Source: a virus
Lineage: Duplodnaviria > Caudoviricetes
Virus record (IMG/VR): IMGVR_UViG_3300032295_002537
Coordinates: 1 to 35,546 of that record
Length of the DNA: 35,546 nucleotides
Direction: 5' to 3' (one strand)
The notes under the pieces are model-generated. The model saw only the letters and a list, made by a program, of their open reading frames with translations, did no database searches and was not told the DNA's origin. This document shows, one piece after another, positions 35,546 to 35,546 of the stretch; position 1 is the stretch's first letter; every line of letters begins with the position of its first letter. The position numbers and the translations under genes are program-made.

Positions 35546-35546
35546 G

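Overview
AT-rich segment of a T4-like myophage, most likely a cyanophage (Kyanoviridae-type gene order). All credible genes are on the minus strand. In transcription order (right to left): the 3' end of a GC-richer small gene and a structured, compositionally distinct boundary; a modification cluster (2OG-Fe(II) oxygenase-like, GT10-like, NeuD/PglD-like acetyltransferase, DxD glycosyltransferase-like); several micro-ORFs; the baseplate block gp25-gp6-giant gp7 (4596 aa)-gp8-VrlC/DUF4815-like (2504 aa); small virion proteins; and a repeat-rich protein that runs off the left edge and is absent from the ORF track. T4-type late promoters (NNTAAATA) precede many genes. The most striking observation is three nested phycobiliprotein-like (globin-fold-like) domains inside gp7. 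Each keeps a KCxRD motif resembling the Cys84 bilin site and a second Cys resembling the beta-155 site, raising the possibility of a bilin-binding, light-responsive virion. Two related preQ1-I-like pseudoknot motifs were also seen, one competing with a hairpin that sequesters a Shine-Dalgarno sequence. All assignments come from manual motif reading; no searches were run.
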